64,000 nucleotides of DNA from Scyliorhinus canicula. Taxonomy: Eukaryota. The DNA lies in the NCBI RefSeq assembly GCF_902713615.1, contig NC_052162.1, forward strand, positions 18,348,182-18,412,181, given 5' to 3'. Numbering within the stretch: position 1 is the stretch's first letter; each line of letters begins with the position of its first letter. Shown in pieces: positions 39,401-50,148 of this stretch. The translations under genes and the position numbers were made by a program. The notes under the pieces were generated by a model. That model searched no databases, had not been told where the DNA came from, and saw only the letters and a program-made list of their open reading frames with translations.

Positions 39401-40484
39401 GCTTTTGCCTTGCACTCATCAGGACAAACACAAGAATGCCAATTTCTACCACTGAATGGCCAAGGCATTGTTATGGAAAAAGCAACAGTGAACTATAGGC
39501 TTCCCAAGCTTTTCGGTAATTATAAAAAGGCACAAGGCTTGAACATATTCCTCTGATTTGCAGGGACAGGCCCTTGTGTGCCAACCATTCAGCAACCTTT
39601 TCTCCTGGAAAATGTGATTTGAGTAAATTGGTGCTTGACAGCTGGTGCAGACACGATGGGCTGAAGGGGCTCTTTCCATGCTGTCAAATCTCTATGACTC
39701 CGTGACTGTAGTTAGGAGATAATAACTAAGCTGTTATTCAAGAAACACCCTAATAGCACAAACGCTTGGAACTAAAGAGGCATCAGGATCATTCAAACAT
39801 TGCAAATATTTAATTTTAAAATTGCTGTCAGTTCAAACAGCAAACGCAGATAGCATCAGTAAAACAGAGAAAGGAAAATCTGACACAGAAGCAAAATACT
39901 GCAAATTCTGGAAACATTAGCGGATAAAGGGCCATCCACATGCATGCTGCCTGACCCACTGAGGGTTTCCAGCATTTTCGGTGATGACTGAAGGCAAAAT
40001 TTGCAGCAAACTCCAGGATGACTCAGTCACACAAGTGTTTGTCTTCATTCTGCTCTTCCAGGCCCTTATTACTGTCGCTGACGCAAAAATGTGAATGTCC
40101 AACATGACCCACTTGCAACAATGAAAATAAGCATTCACTGGAATGATGAGCGGCGGGGGGGGGGGGGGGGGACAACAACAAATAATCAGAGACCAGGAAC
40201 TTCCAGAAAATAGTCTACCCGCCTTGGGAGTTTTACGCCCACACTGACAGGTTTAATTTACAAAAGCAGAAGTGGGTGATCGACATGGGTCTTGTTGTGA
40301 TCAACAGCCGGCCATTTGGGGGAGGCGTCGCTTCCTGAACTTAAGCCAGCCTCAGGCCTGTTGATCCACAAACCTTGGTCAAGATCTCTTTCTTCTCCTT
40401 CTTCTCGGCTCTCTCCGCCCTCTCCTCCAATTTAACCTCCGTCTTCTTCTCCCGGGGTTTGGTGTTCTCCTTGTCTTCCTTCAT
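21300..40484 (-). CDS. UPF3B: Regulator of nonsense transcripts 3B, whole coding span (10 exons, ~466 aa; 475 aa with the alternative exon-4 donor)
   Basis: Exons 40374-40484, 39054-39160, 36777-36883, 34466-34564, 27083-27196, 25371-25414, 25041-25232, 24792-24946, 22172-22475 and 21300-21467 join in frame (1401 nt). RRM-like motifs VVIRRLPP, RAYINF and FDGYVF; EJC-binding motif RIRNKDRPTMQLYQPGARSR. Adjacency to NDUFA1 favours UPF3B over UPF3A. Confidence 0.95.
22172..22475 (-). CDS. UPF3B: UPF3B coding exon 9
   Basis: VEDDCGRDYRDKEERERERR...KKERIRNK, 304 nt. Confidence 0.92.
22630..23145 (-). mobile_element. Rex1/Babar-like LINE 3' end
   Basis: SGRRYRSLKTRTSRHRNSFFPTATRLLN C-terminal signature and CAAAT-repeat tail. 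Confidence 0.65.
23540..23930 (+). mobile_element. DeuSINE (SacSINE1-like)
   Basis: Deu-domain-like GTGCTGCACTG...CTTTCGGATGAG...GGCACTATT...TCCCTCAACCAAC; related copies ~43100-43570 (minus) and ~62880-63070. Confidence 0.65.
24792..24946 (-). CDS. UPF3B: UPF3B coding exon 8
   Basis: LLKKSDKGDD...IKEDKGK, 155 nt, ttgtag/gtgagt. Confidence 0.9.
25041..25232 (-). CDS. UPF3B: UPF3B coding exon 7
   Basis: RIREEKREERRRRELEKRRLREEERRKW...EPKIK, 192 nt. Confidence 0.93.
25371..25414 (-). CDS. UPF3B: UPF3B coding exon 6
   Basis: AKKTTPLLDYVKNKQ, 44 nt, acag/gtaatg. Confidence 0.93.
26349..26815 (+). mobile_element. Solo LTR-like element
   Basis: Starts TGTGATGA, ends TCATAATA, 4-bp TSD ATAG both sides, internal AATAAA; related 3' fragment at ~14915-15081. 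Confidence 0.5.
27083..27196 (-). CDS. UPF3B: UPF3B coding exon 5
   Basis: DPDYKKFLESYNNADDEKNSNNPETLLEEIEAKTKELA, 114 nt, tttcag/gtaaaa. Confidence 0.95.
28998..30412 (+). mobile_element. 5'-truncated fish-type L1 LINE with 17-bp TSD
   Basis: VKMNVLPRFLFIFQCLPIFLPK and CERC..HMFRSC zinc-knuckle remnants; TSD TAAATTATGGGAATTAA at 28981-28997 and 30413-30429. Confidence 0.85.
30930..33240 (-). mobile_element. Decayed L1 LINE ORF2 with SINE insert at 32167-32392
   Basis: PLLFALAIEPLA, ISLYVDDLLLY and CMRC..HMFWAC peptides; SINE TSD ATCTTCACGGACT. Confidence 0.85.
34466..34564 (-). CDS. UPF3B: UPF3B coding exon 4 (GC donor after 34466, or in-frame GT donor after 34439)
   Basis: QEYPAIVEFAPFQKIPKKKSKKKDVKVGAVED; 3' boundary ambiguous. 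Confidence 0.9.
34760..35365 (+). mobile_element. CR1/L2-like LINE 3' fragment
   Basis: AQVRSVMEYSPLA peptide and GGCAATTAGGGATGGGCAATAAATGCTGG tail; related copies ~37050-37495, 38385-38825, 41620-42080 and 50350-51110 (minus). Confidence 0.7.
35695..36237. mobile_element. Nested SINEs: HE1-like copy (+, 35897-36212) inside a short V-SINE (-)
   Basis: Outer TSD GTGATCAATACAA on both sides; outer head resumes after the inner tail. Confidence 0.8.
36777..36883 (-). CDS. UPF3B: UPF3B coding exon 3
   Basis: LFPHIFSRAYINFKNQEDIVLFRDQFDGYVFIDSK, 107 nt, ttttccacag/gtatgg. Confidence 0.95.
38461..38584. repeat. Short insertion with a perfect 39-bp inverted repeat
   Basis: Arms 38495-38533 and 38546-38584; flanked by direct repeat AAAAGGACAAGA. 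Confidence 0.85.
39054..39160 (-). CDS. UPF3B: UPF3B coding exon 2
   Basis: VVIRRLPPSLTKEQLEEQLAPLPEHDYFEFFSTNS, 107 nt, ag/gtaagt. Confidence 0.95.
40374..40484 (-). CDS. UPF3B: UPF3B coding exon 1
   Basis: MKEDKENTKPREKK...KEILTK, 111 nt, donor AAG|gtttgt. Confidence 0.93.
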
Positions 40485-40876
40485 ATTGAATGAGGCGGCC
40501 TCCAGCGTGCAGGCCCCGCTACCCTCTCTCCCCTTCACTCACTCCCAACTTCAGCTCAGCCTGGCCTTTTGCTCCCTGTCACGTCACTCGGACCTGCCTC
40601 CCCTCACTGATTGGCAGGTGTGAGGGGGCGGGGTCGGTGCTAGTACGTCACCGCGGGATTTGGCGCCGCCCCTTTCCTCCCCTTCCTTCCCGTCCCACTC
40701 CAGCTCTCGCGAGGTTTTGCGGCGAGAGAGCTCAGTGGGGGGGGGGTCGGGGGTCGGGGGTCAGGGGTCAGCGGTTGCTAAGGAGTGGGCGTGGCCGACT
40801 CACGCATGCGTGCTGTGCCCCGGGGCGGGGGGTAGAAGGTCAGTCAGTCGGTCGGTGGAAGCGGAGGAGGCCTAGG
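40485..40876. promoter_or_regulatory. Bidirectional CpG-rich promoter of UPF3B/NDUFA1
   Basis: Divergent ATGs 392 nt apart. CRE-like TCACGTCA 40579 and TACGTCA 40644, inverted CCAAT 40610, GC boxes 40625 and 40822, TTTGGCGC 40659, TCTCGCGAG 40705, NRF1-like palindrome CACGCATGCGTG 40801-40812. Confidence 0.85.
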
Positions 40877-40978
40877 ATGTGGTACGAGATCCTGCCGGGC
40901 CTCTGCATCATGGCCGGCTGCCTGACGGTGCCCGGACTCGCCACCATCTACATTCACAGGTGGACAAACGGCGGCAAG
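40877..40978 (+). CDS. NDUFA1: NDUFA1 exon 1
   Basis: MWYEILPG...NGGK, 102 nt, donor gtaatc. Confidence 0.96.
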
Positions 40979-43900
40979 GTAATCCCGGCGGCTCGGCTGC
41001 AGTTTATAAAGCGCCTTTCCCAGGATTGGCAAGTCGCCAGGATTGGCCTGGAGACCCTGGGCACTGAGGGTCAATCCGCAAGACAATTTGTGTGTGCAAC
41101 CCCGGGGGAAAAGGAATCAGGATTTCAAAAATAATAATTGTTTTGTTTGTTTTCAGTTTATTTAAACATTGAAAATGGGGAGAAAGAAATTTGGCTGACA
41201 GTCTGGTTATATCCAGTTGGATAATGGGTCTTTTTGCCTCAGTGCAAGAGACCCATGTTCAGTTCTGACCGTGGGTGATTGTGTGCACATTCTCCCCGTG
41301 TCTGGGTTTCCTCCAGGTGCTTCGGTTTCCTCCTACTGTTTGGGTGAATTGGTCTTGATAAATTGCTCCGTAGTGTCCAAAGGTTAGGTGTGGGGGATTG
41401 GGCCTTGATAAGGTACTCTTTCAGAGGGTCGGTGCAGACTCGCTGGGCTGAATGGCCTCCTGCAATGTAGCGAATGACAGCAGTGCATCACAAGGATGAA
41501 TGTTTTGGCAGAATAATGGTTTGAGTGTGGGGACGAGTCATGTGATGAAACCTCCAGAAATACATTTAATCACAGATGTCGACTTGTCTGGGCATTAGTT
41601 GAAAAGCAGCCTCTAGAAGGCGCAAGGAGTGTGATGGACTATTCCTCATTTGCTTGGATTAGTGCAGCTCCAACAAAACTTGGGAAGCTCAACGCCATTG
41701 TGAACAAAGCAAACCTGACTGGCACCACATTGGCCACCTTAAACATTCATTGCCTTCATAATTGGTGCACAGTGGTAGCAATGTGTATCATCTACAGGAT
41801 GCACTGCAGCAACTTGGCAAAAGCTGATTTGACAGCACCTTCCAAACCCATGATCTCTACCACTTAGAGGGACAATGGCAACAGAAGCACGGGGACACCA
41901 CCAAGCCACTCACAATCCTGACTTTGAACTTTATTGTGGTCCTTCCACTGTCATTGGGTCAAAACTCCTAGAATCTTCCCATCACTAGGTGAACATTCAA
42001 AATATGGCTCCCTACCACATTCCCAGGGGCAATTAGGAATGGGCACAAATGCTAGGCTTGGCTGCAATATAGGCATCCCATGCATTAATTTTTAAAATTA
42101 TCATTTTGGTCTTCTCATCGACTCCTGTGGGGTGAGAAACCTAGAAGATAGGAACAGGAGAAGGCCATTTGGTCCTTCGCGACGGCTCCACCATTCGTCA
42201 CGATCATGGCTGATCGTCCAACTCAATAGTCTAATCCTGCTTTCTCCCTATAACCCTCGATACCATTTGCCTCAAGTGCCATAATCTAGCCGCCTCGTGA
42301 ATTTAATCAATATCTTAGCTTCAACTAATTCCTGTGTTAATGAATTTCACAGGCTCACCACTCTTTGGGTGAAGAAATGTCTCCTCATCTCTGTCCTAAA
42401 TGGTCTACCCTGAATCCTTAGTTTGTGACCCCTGGTTTTGGACCCACCATCGGGAACATCTTCCTTGCATCCAGTCTTATCTAGTCCTGTGAGAATTTTG
42501 TAAGTCTCTATGAGATCCCCCCCCTCATTAATCGGCGCTCCAGCGAAAACAATCCCTAATCAAGTCAATCTCTCCTCCATACATCAGTCACGACATCCCT
42601 GGAATCAGCCTGGTAAACCTTCTCTGCACACCCTCGAGAGCTAGAACACCCTTCCTTAGAAAAGCACGGAAGGACAGTTGCATCACAGCTCCAGGGTCCG
42701 AGGTTCGATTCCCGACTTGGGTTACTGTCTGTGTGGAGTCTACACATTCTCATGTCTGCATGGGTTTCATTCGGGTGCTCCGATTTCCTCCCACAGCCCA
42801 AAGATGTGCAGGTTAGGTGGATTGACCATGCTAAATTGCCCTTGGTGTCCAAAAAGGTTAGGGGGGGTTACGGGATAGGAGACGTGGGCCGAGGACAGTG
42901 TTTTTCAAACTTTTTTTCCCAGGATCCACTTTTGCCAACTGCCTAACCTTCGGGACCCACTTGATCGCTGACACAGATATGATGGGCCGAATGGCCTCTT
43001 TCTGTGTTGCAAAACAACATGACTCCATGAAAGTAGAGATATCTTCAAAGTGAAGAGGGCAGAGGAGAGCCACAAGGTTGTTGTCAATGTTTGAATTATT
43101 AAAAAAAACAAGATTTACATTTCTATTAGCACCTTCATAACTAAATGAGTATAAAGTGGTTTGCAATCAATGAAGTACAGTCACTGCTGTGATGCCAATT
43201 TATGCACCACAAATCCCACAAACAGGAATGTGAAAAAGCCAGGAAAAATGGAAAAATCCATTGACCTTGGGAGATATTCTCCAGTCGCCGGGCGAATGCA
43301 GTCGGAGAATACCACTCCAATCTGTTTTTGTGATGTTGATTGAGGGTTAAATGTTAATGAGGACATCAGGGATAACTCCCTGCTCTTATCCAATGTAGTC
43401 CCATGGAATCATTTACATCCACATGAGTGGCAGAGCCTCCATGAAACATGGTAACTGGAAAATGGCATTTCTAGCAGGGCAGCATCCCTGCAGTTCTACA
43501 CTTAGCCTAGATATGGAGGTGAACCCACGCCCGTCTGATGTAGAGACGAGAGCATTACCCATTGAGCCATGCCTTTTTTTTTTTAAATTTAGCGTACCCA
43601 ATTATTTTTTCCAATTAAGGGGCAATGTAGCGTGGCCAATCCACCTAACCTGCACATCTTTTGGGTTGTGGGGGTGAAACCCACGCAGGCACGGGGAGAA
43701 TGTGCAAACTCCACACAGACAGTGACCCAGGGCCAGGATTCGAACCCGGGTCCTCAGCGCTGTGGGCAGCAATGCTAACCACTGTGCCACCGTGCTGCCC
43801 TGAGCCATGCCTAATATAGAGGAGACACTAGAGAAATTTAGGCTGAATAGCCCTTAATCTTAAAAATCATCTTTCAGGAGAAGATGCAGTATGCTAATAA

Positions 43901-45519
43901 ATGGCTGGGGAAGAGGAATCCAGAACATTACTGTAAATTATGCTGAGATTAAGACAAAGGGATACAGGTTTAAACTCGGAAAAGCTATTTTTGGGATTGA
44001 TATCAATATTTTTTTCACGTACAATGCAAGATGATTTTGCGGGGTGGGGTGGGAAGGGTGCAGTCAAAGGCAGCAAGTTTCCATAAAATTCTGCGGGTTC
44101 CCCTTCAGTAGCTGTTGTGAAAGAGTCCAAGTATGATTATTCTGTGGCAGATTTAATCTGGTAAATGCAATGAGTTTTACTGCGGGTGAGAATTGGCACT
44201 CAGACCCAGAAATAAAGACGACAGATTTCTCCAAACCCTGTTATCCCTCCCACATCTAGAAGTCATGCGTAAACTCTCCAACCTGGTGCTGGGCTTCCCA
44301 AAAGCTCCTTCCTACGAGAGAACCGAGAGAGAATGTAAGCGGAGGGCTTCAGGGAGAGGATCTGTGCTCACTTTTCTATAGAAATGGGAACTGAGTCTCT
44401 TGGTGGATTTACCTGAAAAGCGACCCAATGTCCCGTTACTCAGCTTCAGTATTGTTCGTGTGTTGGTTCCAAATTACAGCTAACCATCTGTTTGTGATGT
44501 CTGTCAACCTGCCAGTCCACTCTGCTTCTCATTCCTGGGCCATACATTCTCCCGTATCTCACTTTCATCGAACTTTTTCTGTTTGCAATCCTGCTGATCT
44601 TGCCCAGTAGTTGGGATAGCTATATTAATTTTAGAATGCGCCGCAACCCTTTTTATACCTGCCCGCGACCCACCCGCGGTTCACGACCCCTACTTTGAAA
44701 AAGCTTGGCTTAGGAGACGGTTAAAGAGTGGAGATGTGGGCTTAAGTAGAGTGCTCTTTCCAAGGGCCGGTGCAGACTCAATGGGATGAATGGCTTCCTT
44801 CTGCACTGTAAATTCTATGATTCTATAAAAGGAGACCAAAACTGCACACACTATTCTGGGTGTGGCCTGGAATGCCCTGTATACAGACCCTGTATAATTC
44901 CAACAACACACCCCTGTTCCTGTACTCAAAAAGTCTCTCAATGAAGGCCAACATACCATTTGCCTTCTTTACCGCCTGCTGCACCTGCATGCTTAGCTTC
45001 AGTGGTTGGTGCACAGGACACCCAGGTCCCTCTGCACACTCCCCTCTCCCAATTTACAGCCGTTCAGGTAGTAATCTGCCGTCTTGATTTTGCTTCCAAA
45101 GTGAATAACTTCACATTTATCCAAATTAGACTGCGACTGCCATTGATTTACCCACTCACCCAACCTGTCCAGATCATGCTGAAGGATCTCTGCATCCTCG
45201 TCACAATTCACCCTGTCACCCAACTGGGTATGGTCTGCAAACTTTGAAATGTTACATTTTGCTTCCTCGTCAAAATCATTAATATATATTGTGAATAGCT
45301 GGGGTCTGAGCACCGAACCCTGTGGCACCCCACTAGTTGCTGCCTGCCAATTTTAAAAGGACCCGTTAATTTGTACTCTGTTTCCTTTCTGCCAACCAGT
45401 CTTCTATCAACCTTAATACACTTCCCCCAATCCCATGTGCTTTAATCTTGCACAATTTCTTATGCGACACTTTATCAAATGCTTTCTGAAAGTCCAAATA
45501 TACCACATCGACTAGGCGT

Positions 45520-45571
<52 letters not shown>

Positions 45572-48500
45572 ACACACACTTTGTCAATCTTCAAAGACTC
45601 CCAATAGATTTGTCAAGCATGATTTCCCCTTCATAAAATTCCCACTCTGTCTGATCCGGCCACTGTTTTCTAAATGCTCCACTCTAAAGTCCTTGATAAT
45701 AGATTTGAGAATTTTCCCCACTACTGACGTTGGGCTTACTGGTCTATAATCCCTGTTTTCTCTCTACCACCCTTTTTGAATATTGGGGTGACATGAACTA
45801 CCCTCCAATCTGGGGGGACTGCTCCAGAGCCTATAGAATCCTGGATGATTACCACCAACGCATCCACTATTTCTACAGCCACTTCCTTAAATACTCTGGG
45901 ATGTAGATTATCAGGCCCTGGGGATTTATCAGCCTTCAATCCCATCAATTTCCCAATACCATTTCTCTACTAATATTGATCTCCCTCAATTCTTCCCCCT
46001 CACTAAATCTTGCATTCTCCAACATTTCTGGTATCTGATTTGTGTCCTCTTTTGTGAAGACAACCAAAGTATGTATTCAATTGCTCAGCCATTTCTTTGC
46101 CCCTATTATACATTCCTCTGTTTCTGTCTGTGGGGGATCTACATTCATCTTCACCAGTCTCTTTTTCTTCACATACTTATAGAAACTCTTAGTGTCAGTC
46201 TTTGTGTTTTCTGCAAGCTTACTTTCGTACTGTATTTTCCCCTTAATCAATCCCTTGGTCCTTTTGTGCTGAATTCTAAACAGCTCCCAATCTTCAGATC
46301 TATTATTTTTCTTGGCCAATCAGTATGCTTCTTCCTTGGATCGGATACTAGCTCTAATTTCCTTTGTGAGCCATGGATTGGCCCTCTTACCCATTTTGCT
46401 TTTGTGCCAAACAGTAATAAACAGTTGTTGCAGTTCCTCCATGCATTCCTTGAATGTTTCCCATTGCCTATTCACTGTCATCCCTTTAAGTAACTCTCCC
46501 CAATCTATCAAGGCCAACTCACGCCTCATATCTTCATAGTTTCCTTTATCAAGATTCAGCACCCTAGTCTGAATCAACTACTTCACCCTCCACCTTGATA
46601 AAAAAAATTCTATCATGTTATGGTCGCTCATCCCCAAAGGATCTCGCACAGTTAGATTGGTAATGATTCCCTTCTTATTGTACAGTATCCAGTCAAAGAT
46701 GACCTGCTCTCTAGTTGGTTCCTCCAGACATTGGTCAAGAAAACCATCCTGTATACATTCCAGGAATTCCTCCTCTACATTACTGTGGCTAATTTGATTT
46801 TGCCCAATCGATGTGCAGATTAAAATCGCCCATGATCGCAGATATTGCCTTATCACGTGCATCTCTAATTTCCTGTTTAATGTCATTCCCAACATCACCA
46901 CTGCAGTTTGGGGGTCTATATATGAAACCCACCAGTGATTTTTGCCCCTTGGTATTTCTTAACTCTACCCGTACAGACTCCACATTGTCAGAGCTAGTAT
47001 CCTTTCACACCATTGTGTTAATTTCCTCTTTAACCAGCAATGTCACACCACCACCTTTTCCTTTTTGCCTTTCCTTCCTAAATACTGACTACCCTGGGAC
47101 ATTCAGTTGCCATCCCTGGAGCCAAGTCTTTGTAATCCCAATTATATCGTACCCGTTTACATCTATCTGTAATTAGTTCATTTAGCGATTAGTTCATCTA
47201 CTTTATTGCAAATGCTCCGCGCATTAAGGCTCAAAGCTTGTCTTTTTAATATTGTTTGTCTTGCTCCCAATATTTTTCGCTACAGCCCTGTTTGAATTTT
47301 GTCCTTGGTTTCTCTGCCCATCACTTTTCTTATTCCCCTTTCCACCTTTTATTTGAGCATGACTGAAGCTTTGCTATTCTTAAAGGGAATTAAGAGATGG
47401 ATGTTCTTTCTGCAGAATCTAGAAACGAGAAGTGGGAACACCAATCAATAGGTAAAAGTAACTTAAGTAACTACATAACAATTATATTCAACTAAAATAG
47501 CTTAATTCTCTTTTGAAACTTTCAAAAAGGAATTTTCACAGATTTCTAATTGAATAGAGGATTACTAGATGGGCTATTTTTCATGCCGATGTTATGTTAT
47601 CAGTGTTTTCTCAAAGTTGCAGGGCTGCGCTGCAACCTAGATTTTTCAGTGCACAAGTCTCCCTCTTTAAGTAATCATGCAAAAAGGAAAGGGCCCACAC
47701 AAATAGACTGTGCCCTCCAAATGAAGCATATTTTCGTTCTAGTCCAACCTTCTAATGGAAAGGAGTAAAATTGGATGCATGTCAAGAAAATTAGGAATTG
47801 TTGCCTAGGACCACCCGACCATGTTCTTGTCATGCACCCAACCATGTTAAGTATTAAAACCTGTTTAAAAGCCTCAGTTGGAATTGAAACCACAGAGCTG
47901 GGTTAATGAAGTGCTCCATCAATAGTACTCTTGTCTGCTGGAGCTATATGAGAAACCCTACTCGACATTTTCATTGATTTTCCCAGACACGTAGACACAC
48001 ATATAATAATAATCTTTATTAGTGTCACAAGTAGGCTTACATTAACACTGCAATGAAGTAACTGTGAAAAGCCCCGAGTCGCCACAATCCGGTGCCTGTT
48101 CGGGTACACAGAGGGTGAATTCAGAATGTCCAAATTACCTAACAGCATGTCTTTTAGGGACTTGTGGGAGGAAACCAGAGTACCCAGAGGAAACCCACGC
48201 AGACACAGGGAGAACGTGCAGACTCTGCACAGACAGTGACCCAAGCCGGGAATCGAACCTGGGACCCTGGCGCTGTGAAGCAACAGTGCAAACCACTGTG
48301 CTACTGTGCTTCCATTTTCAATGAAACAGCTGAGGTCGAGAATTCTCCACTTTGGCATTCACAAGCTTGAAGTATAATCTTATCAAGCAGGGGAGACAAG
48401 GTGGCGCAGAGGTTAGCACTGCTGCCTCATGGTGCTGTGGACCCGGGTTCGATCCTGGCCCCAGGTCCCTTTCCATGTGGAGTTTTCACATTCTCTCTGT

Positions 48501-49416
48501 GACTGCGTGGGTCTCACCCCCCACAACCCAAAAGATGTGCATGGTAGGTGGATTGGCCACCCTAAATTGCCCCATAAGTGGAAAAATAAAAGAAAGGTGC
48601 CATGTGGCTTAGTGTCAGATTTCTGGTGTTCATGTGAAGGGCCTTGTGATGTTTAACTACATGAAAAGTGCTTATGAATGTAAATTATATATAGTTCTCA
48701 GCTGGAACAGAGGAATATCGTAAGATTTCTCTCTACAATTGACAATCTAATTTGCTCTGAATTTATTTGCAGTATTCAACAGCAAAGTAACAATTTTCAG
48801 ATTTAAATATATCCCTGCCCCTTTTCACCTATTAGATTTCTGGCAGTTAAGAAAGGGATAATCTGAAGACTGTGGCTGAAATTCGCCCGTAACAATATCA
48901 GTGGAAGATACCTTTCAAAATCACTGGAGTCGTACAGTTCTTGGCAATAAGATTAAAGCTGTACATTTAGGTTTGTCAGTAGTTTTTAAAAATACAATCG
49001 TTGGCATTTATTAAATCTGCCTGCACTGTAAATTCTATGAAATCAAGGGTTTACTTTACGCATAAACAATAAAGAGCAACTATTTTTTTTAAAATCCCGA
49101 TAACGTTTTAATGATTCTTTGTTTAGGAGAAACGGACTGCTCGTTTACCTTATCATTGGTCCCTCCTGGATCGAGACAGAAGAGTGTCTGGTTGCAAAAC
49201 CTATTACAAATCAAAGGTAAATGCTTGAGCATAAGAGCTGATGTTGCTTATTCTGACCATCACTTTTAATGCTTAAAATCATTCACATTTCATGTTTTAA
49301 AAAAGTTACCAAGACTAATTATGATTTGAAATAGTCTTTGTTTTATTGGTGTAATTGTGGAAACTTATGCCCTATTTAACTCTTCTGTTTTACAGGGGTT
49401 AGAAAACATTGACTGA
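40877..49416 (+). CDS. NDUFA1: NADH:ubiquinone oxidoreductase subunit A1 (MWFE), whole coding span, 70 aa
   Basis: Exons 40877-40978, 49127-49216 and 49396-49416 give [70 protein letters not shown]; all introns GT-AG. Confidence 0.97.
42140..47340 (-). mobile_element. Long CR1-clade LINE (endonuclease + RT remnants) in NDUFA1 intron 1, split by a nested insertion at 42664-44827
   Basis: IYRPPN and IMGDFN (APE endonuclease), [24 protein letters not shown] peptides; 3' tail at 42140. Confidence 0.85.
42896..44707. mobile_element. hAT-like TIR-bounded segment with internal filler
   Basis: CAGTGTTTTTCAAA ... TTTGAAAAAGCTTG (11/14 inverted match); 8-bp flanks GCCGAGGA/GCTTAGGA. Confidence 0.5.
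48003..48310 (-). mobile_element. Chimeric V-SINE carrying the tail shared with the second SINE family
   Basis: V head followed by GTGGCGACTCGGGGCTTTTCACAGT...TGTGACA..(ATT)n; second copy 52670-52968 (+). Confidence 0.75.
49127..49216 (+). CDS. NDUFA1: NDUFA1 exon 2
   Basis: [30 protein letters not shown], 90 nt. Confidence 0.96.
49396..49416 (+). CDS. NDUFA1: NDUFA1 exon 3 coding part
   Basis: ttttacag|GLENID*. Confidence 0.95.
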   Translation, partial: GLENID

Positions 49417-49510
49417 TGGACTTGTCACCTTAAACTACGGGACCCATGAACCTGCAAGGGAATGGTCGCTAAAACCTGAACTTTACTCTTTGTTCCATGA
49501 AGTAACTTAG

Positions 49511-49541
49511 AATAAATTAGAATAATAATATGAAAAATAAA
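49511..49541 (+). terminator. NDUFA1 poly(A) signals
   Basis: AATAAA at 49511 and 49536, ~100-120 nt after the stop. Confidence 0.7.
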
Positions 49542-49930
49542 AGTGTGAACCAATTATGTAGGTTGCCTCTTATTGAGGATGAGTTCTTGGAGGGAGGGAA
49601 TGGAATATATACAAGCACAAAAGGTGGGTGCATTGGAACAGCGAAAGTGCTGATATGGCAGCTTGGTATGTTCAACTAAATAGATTTCTATATTTCACTT
49701 TTTACAGACCATGTCAATTTGCATTTGCTTCAGCATGAAAAAATTTGATTGCCATGGATTAAAGGTATTAGGCAAATGTAATAAAGAAGGGGGAACATAA
49801 AATAGTAAAGTTTAAGAATTAGAGAAATTTCAGGAAAGCAACTTCAAACCAGACTATTTCAAATACATCTGAGAGCATGGGAAAGATGGTGTGTTAAATT
49901 GGGAGAAATAAAGAGATTTGTTTAACTTTG

Positions 49931-49936
49931 TTTATT
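49931..49936 (-). terminator. Candidate poly(A) signal of the Reeler gene
   Basis: AATAAA on the minus strand downstream of the TAG at 50054. Confidence 0.55.
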
Positions 49937-50053
49937 ATTCCTCAAACTGAATTGCATATTAGAGAAACTCATAATTACAGCACACTGTTCAGGAGCATAT
50001 TATAACACATCCGCATTCTATCCTAATGTATGCTGATTTGCTGCATCTCAATA

Positions 50054-50148
50054 CTAATTTTGACATCCAGTAATCATCAAGGAACATAAAAACAGTGTAG
50101 TGATGATGCTGATTCCATAGACCATCTTCACAGCACAACATGCAATTC
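50054..50148 (-). CDS. Reeler gene terminal coding exon
   Basis: Strong acceptor tttttttttcactccag, phase-compatible, GIACCAVKMVYGISIITTLFLCSLMITGCQN*; AATAAA ~120 nt downstream. Confidence 0.7.

Noticed and set aside
40490-41134. 214-aa ORF as an N-terminally extended NDUFA1
   Set aside because: The upstream part is GC-rich promoter and the downstream part reads through the donor at 40979; the real protein starts MWYEIL at 40877.
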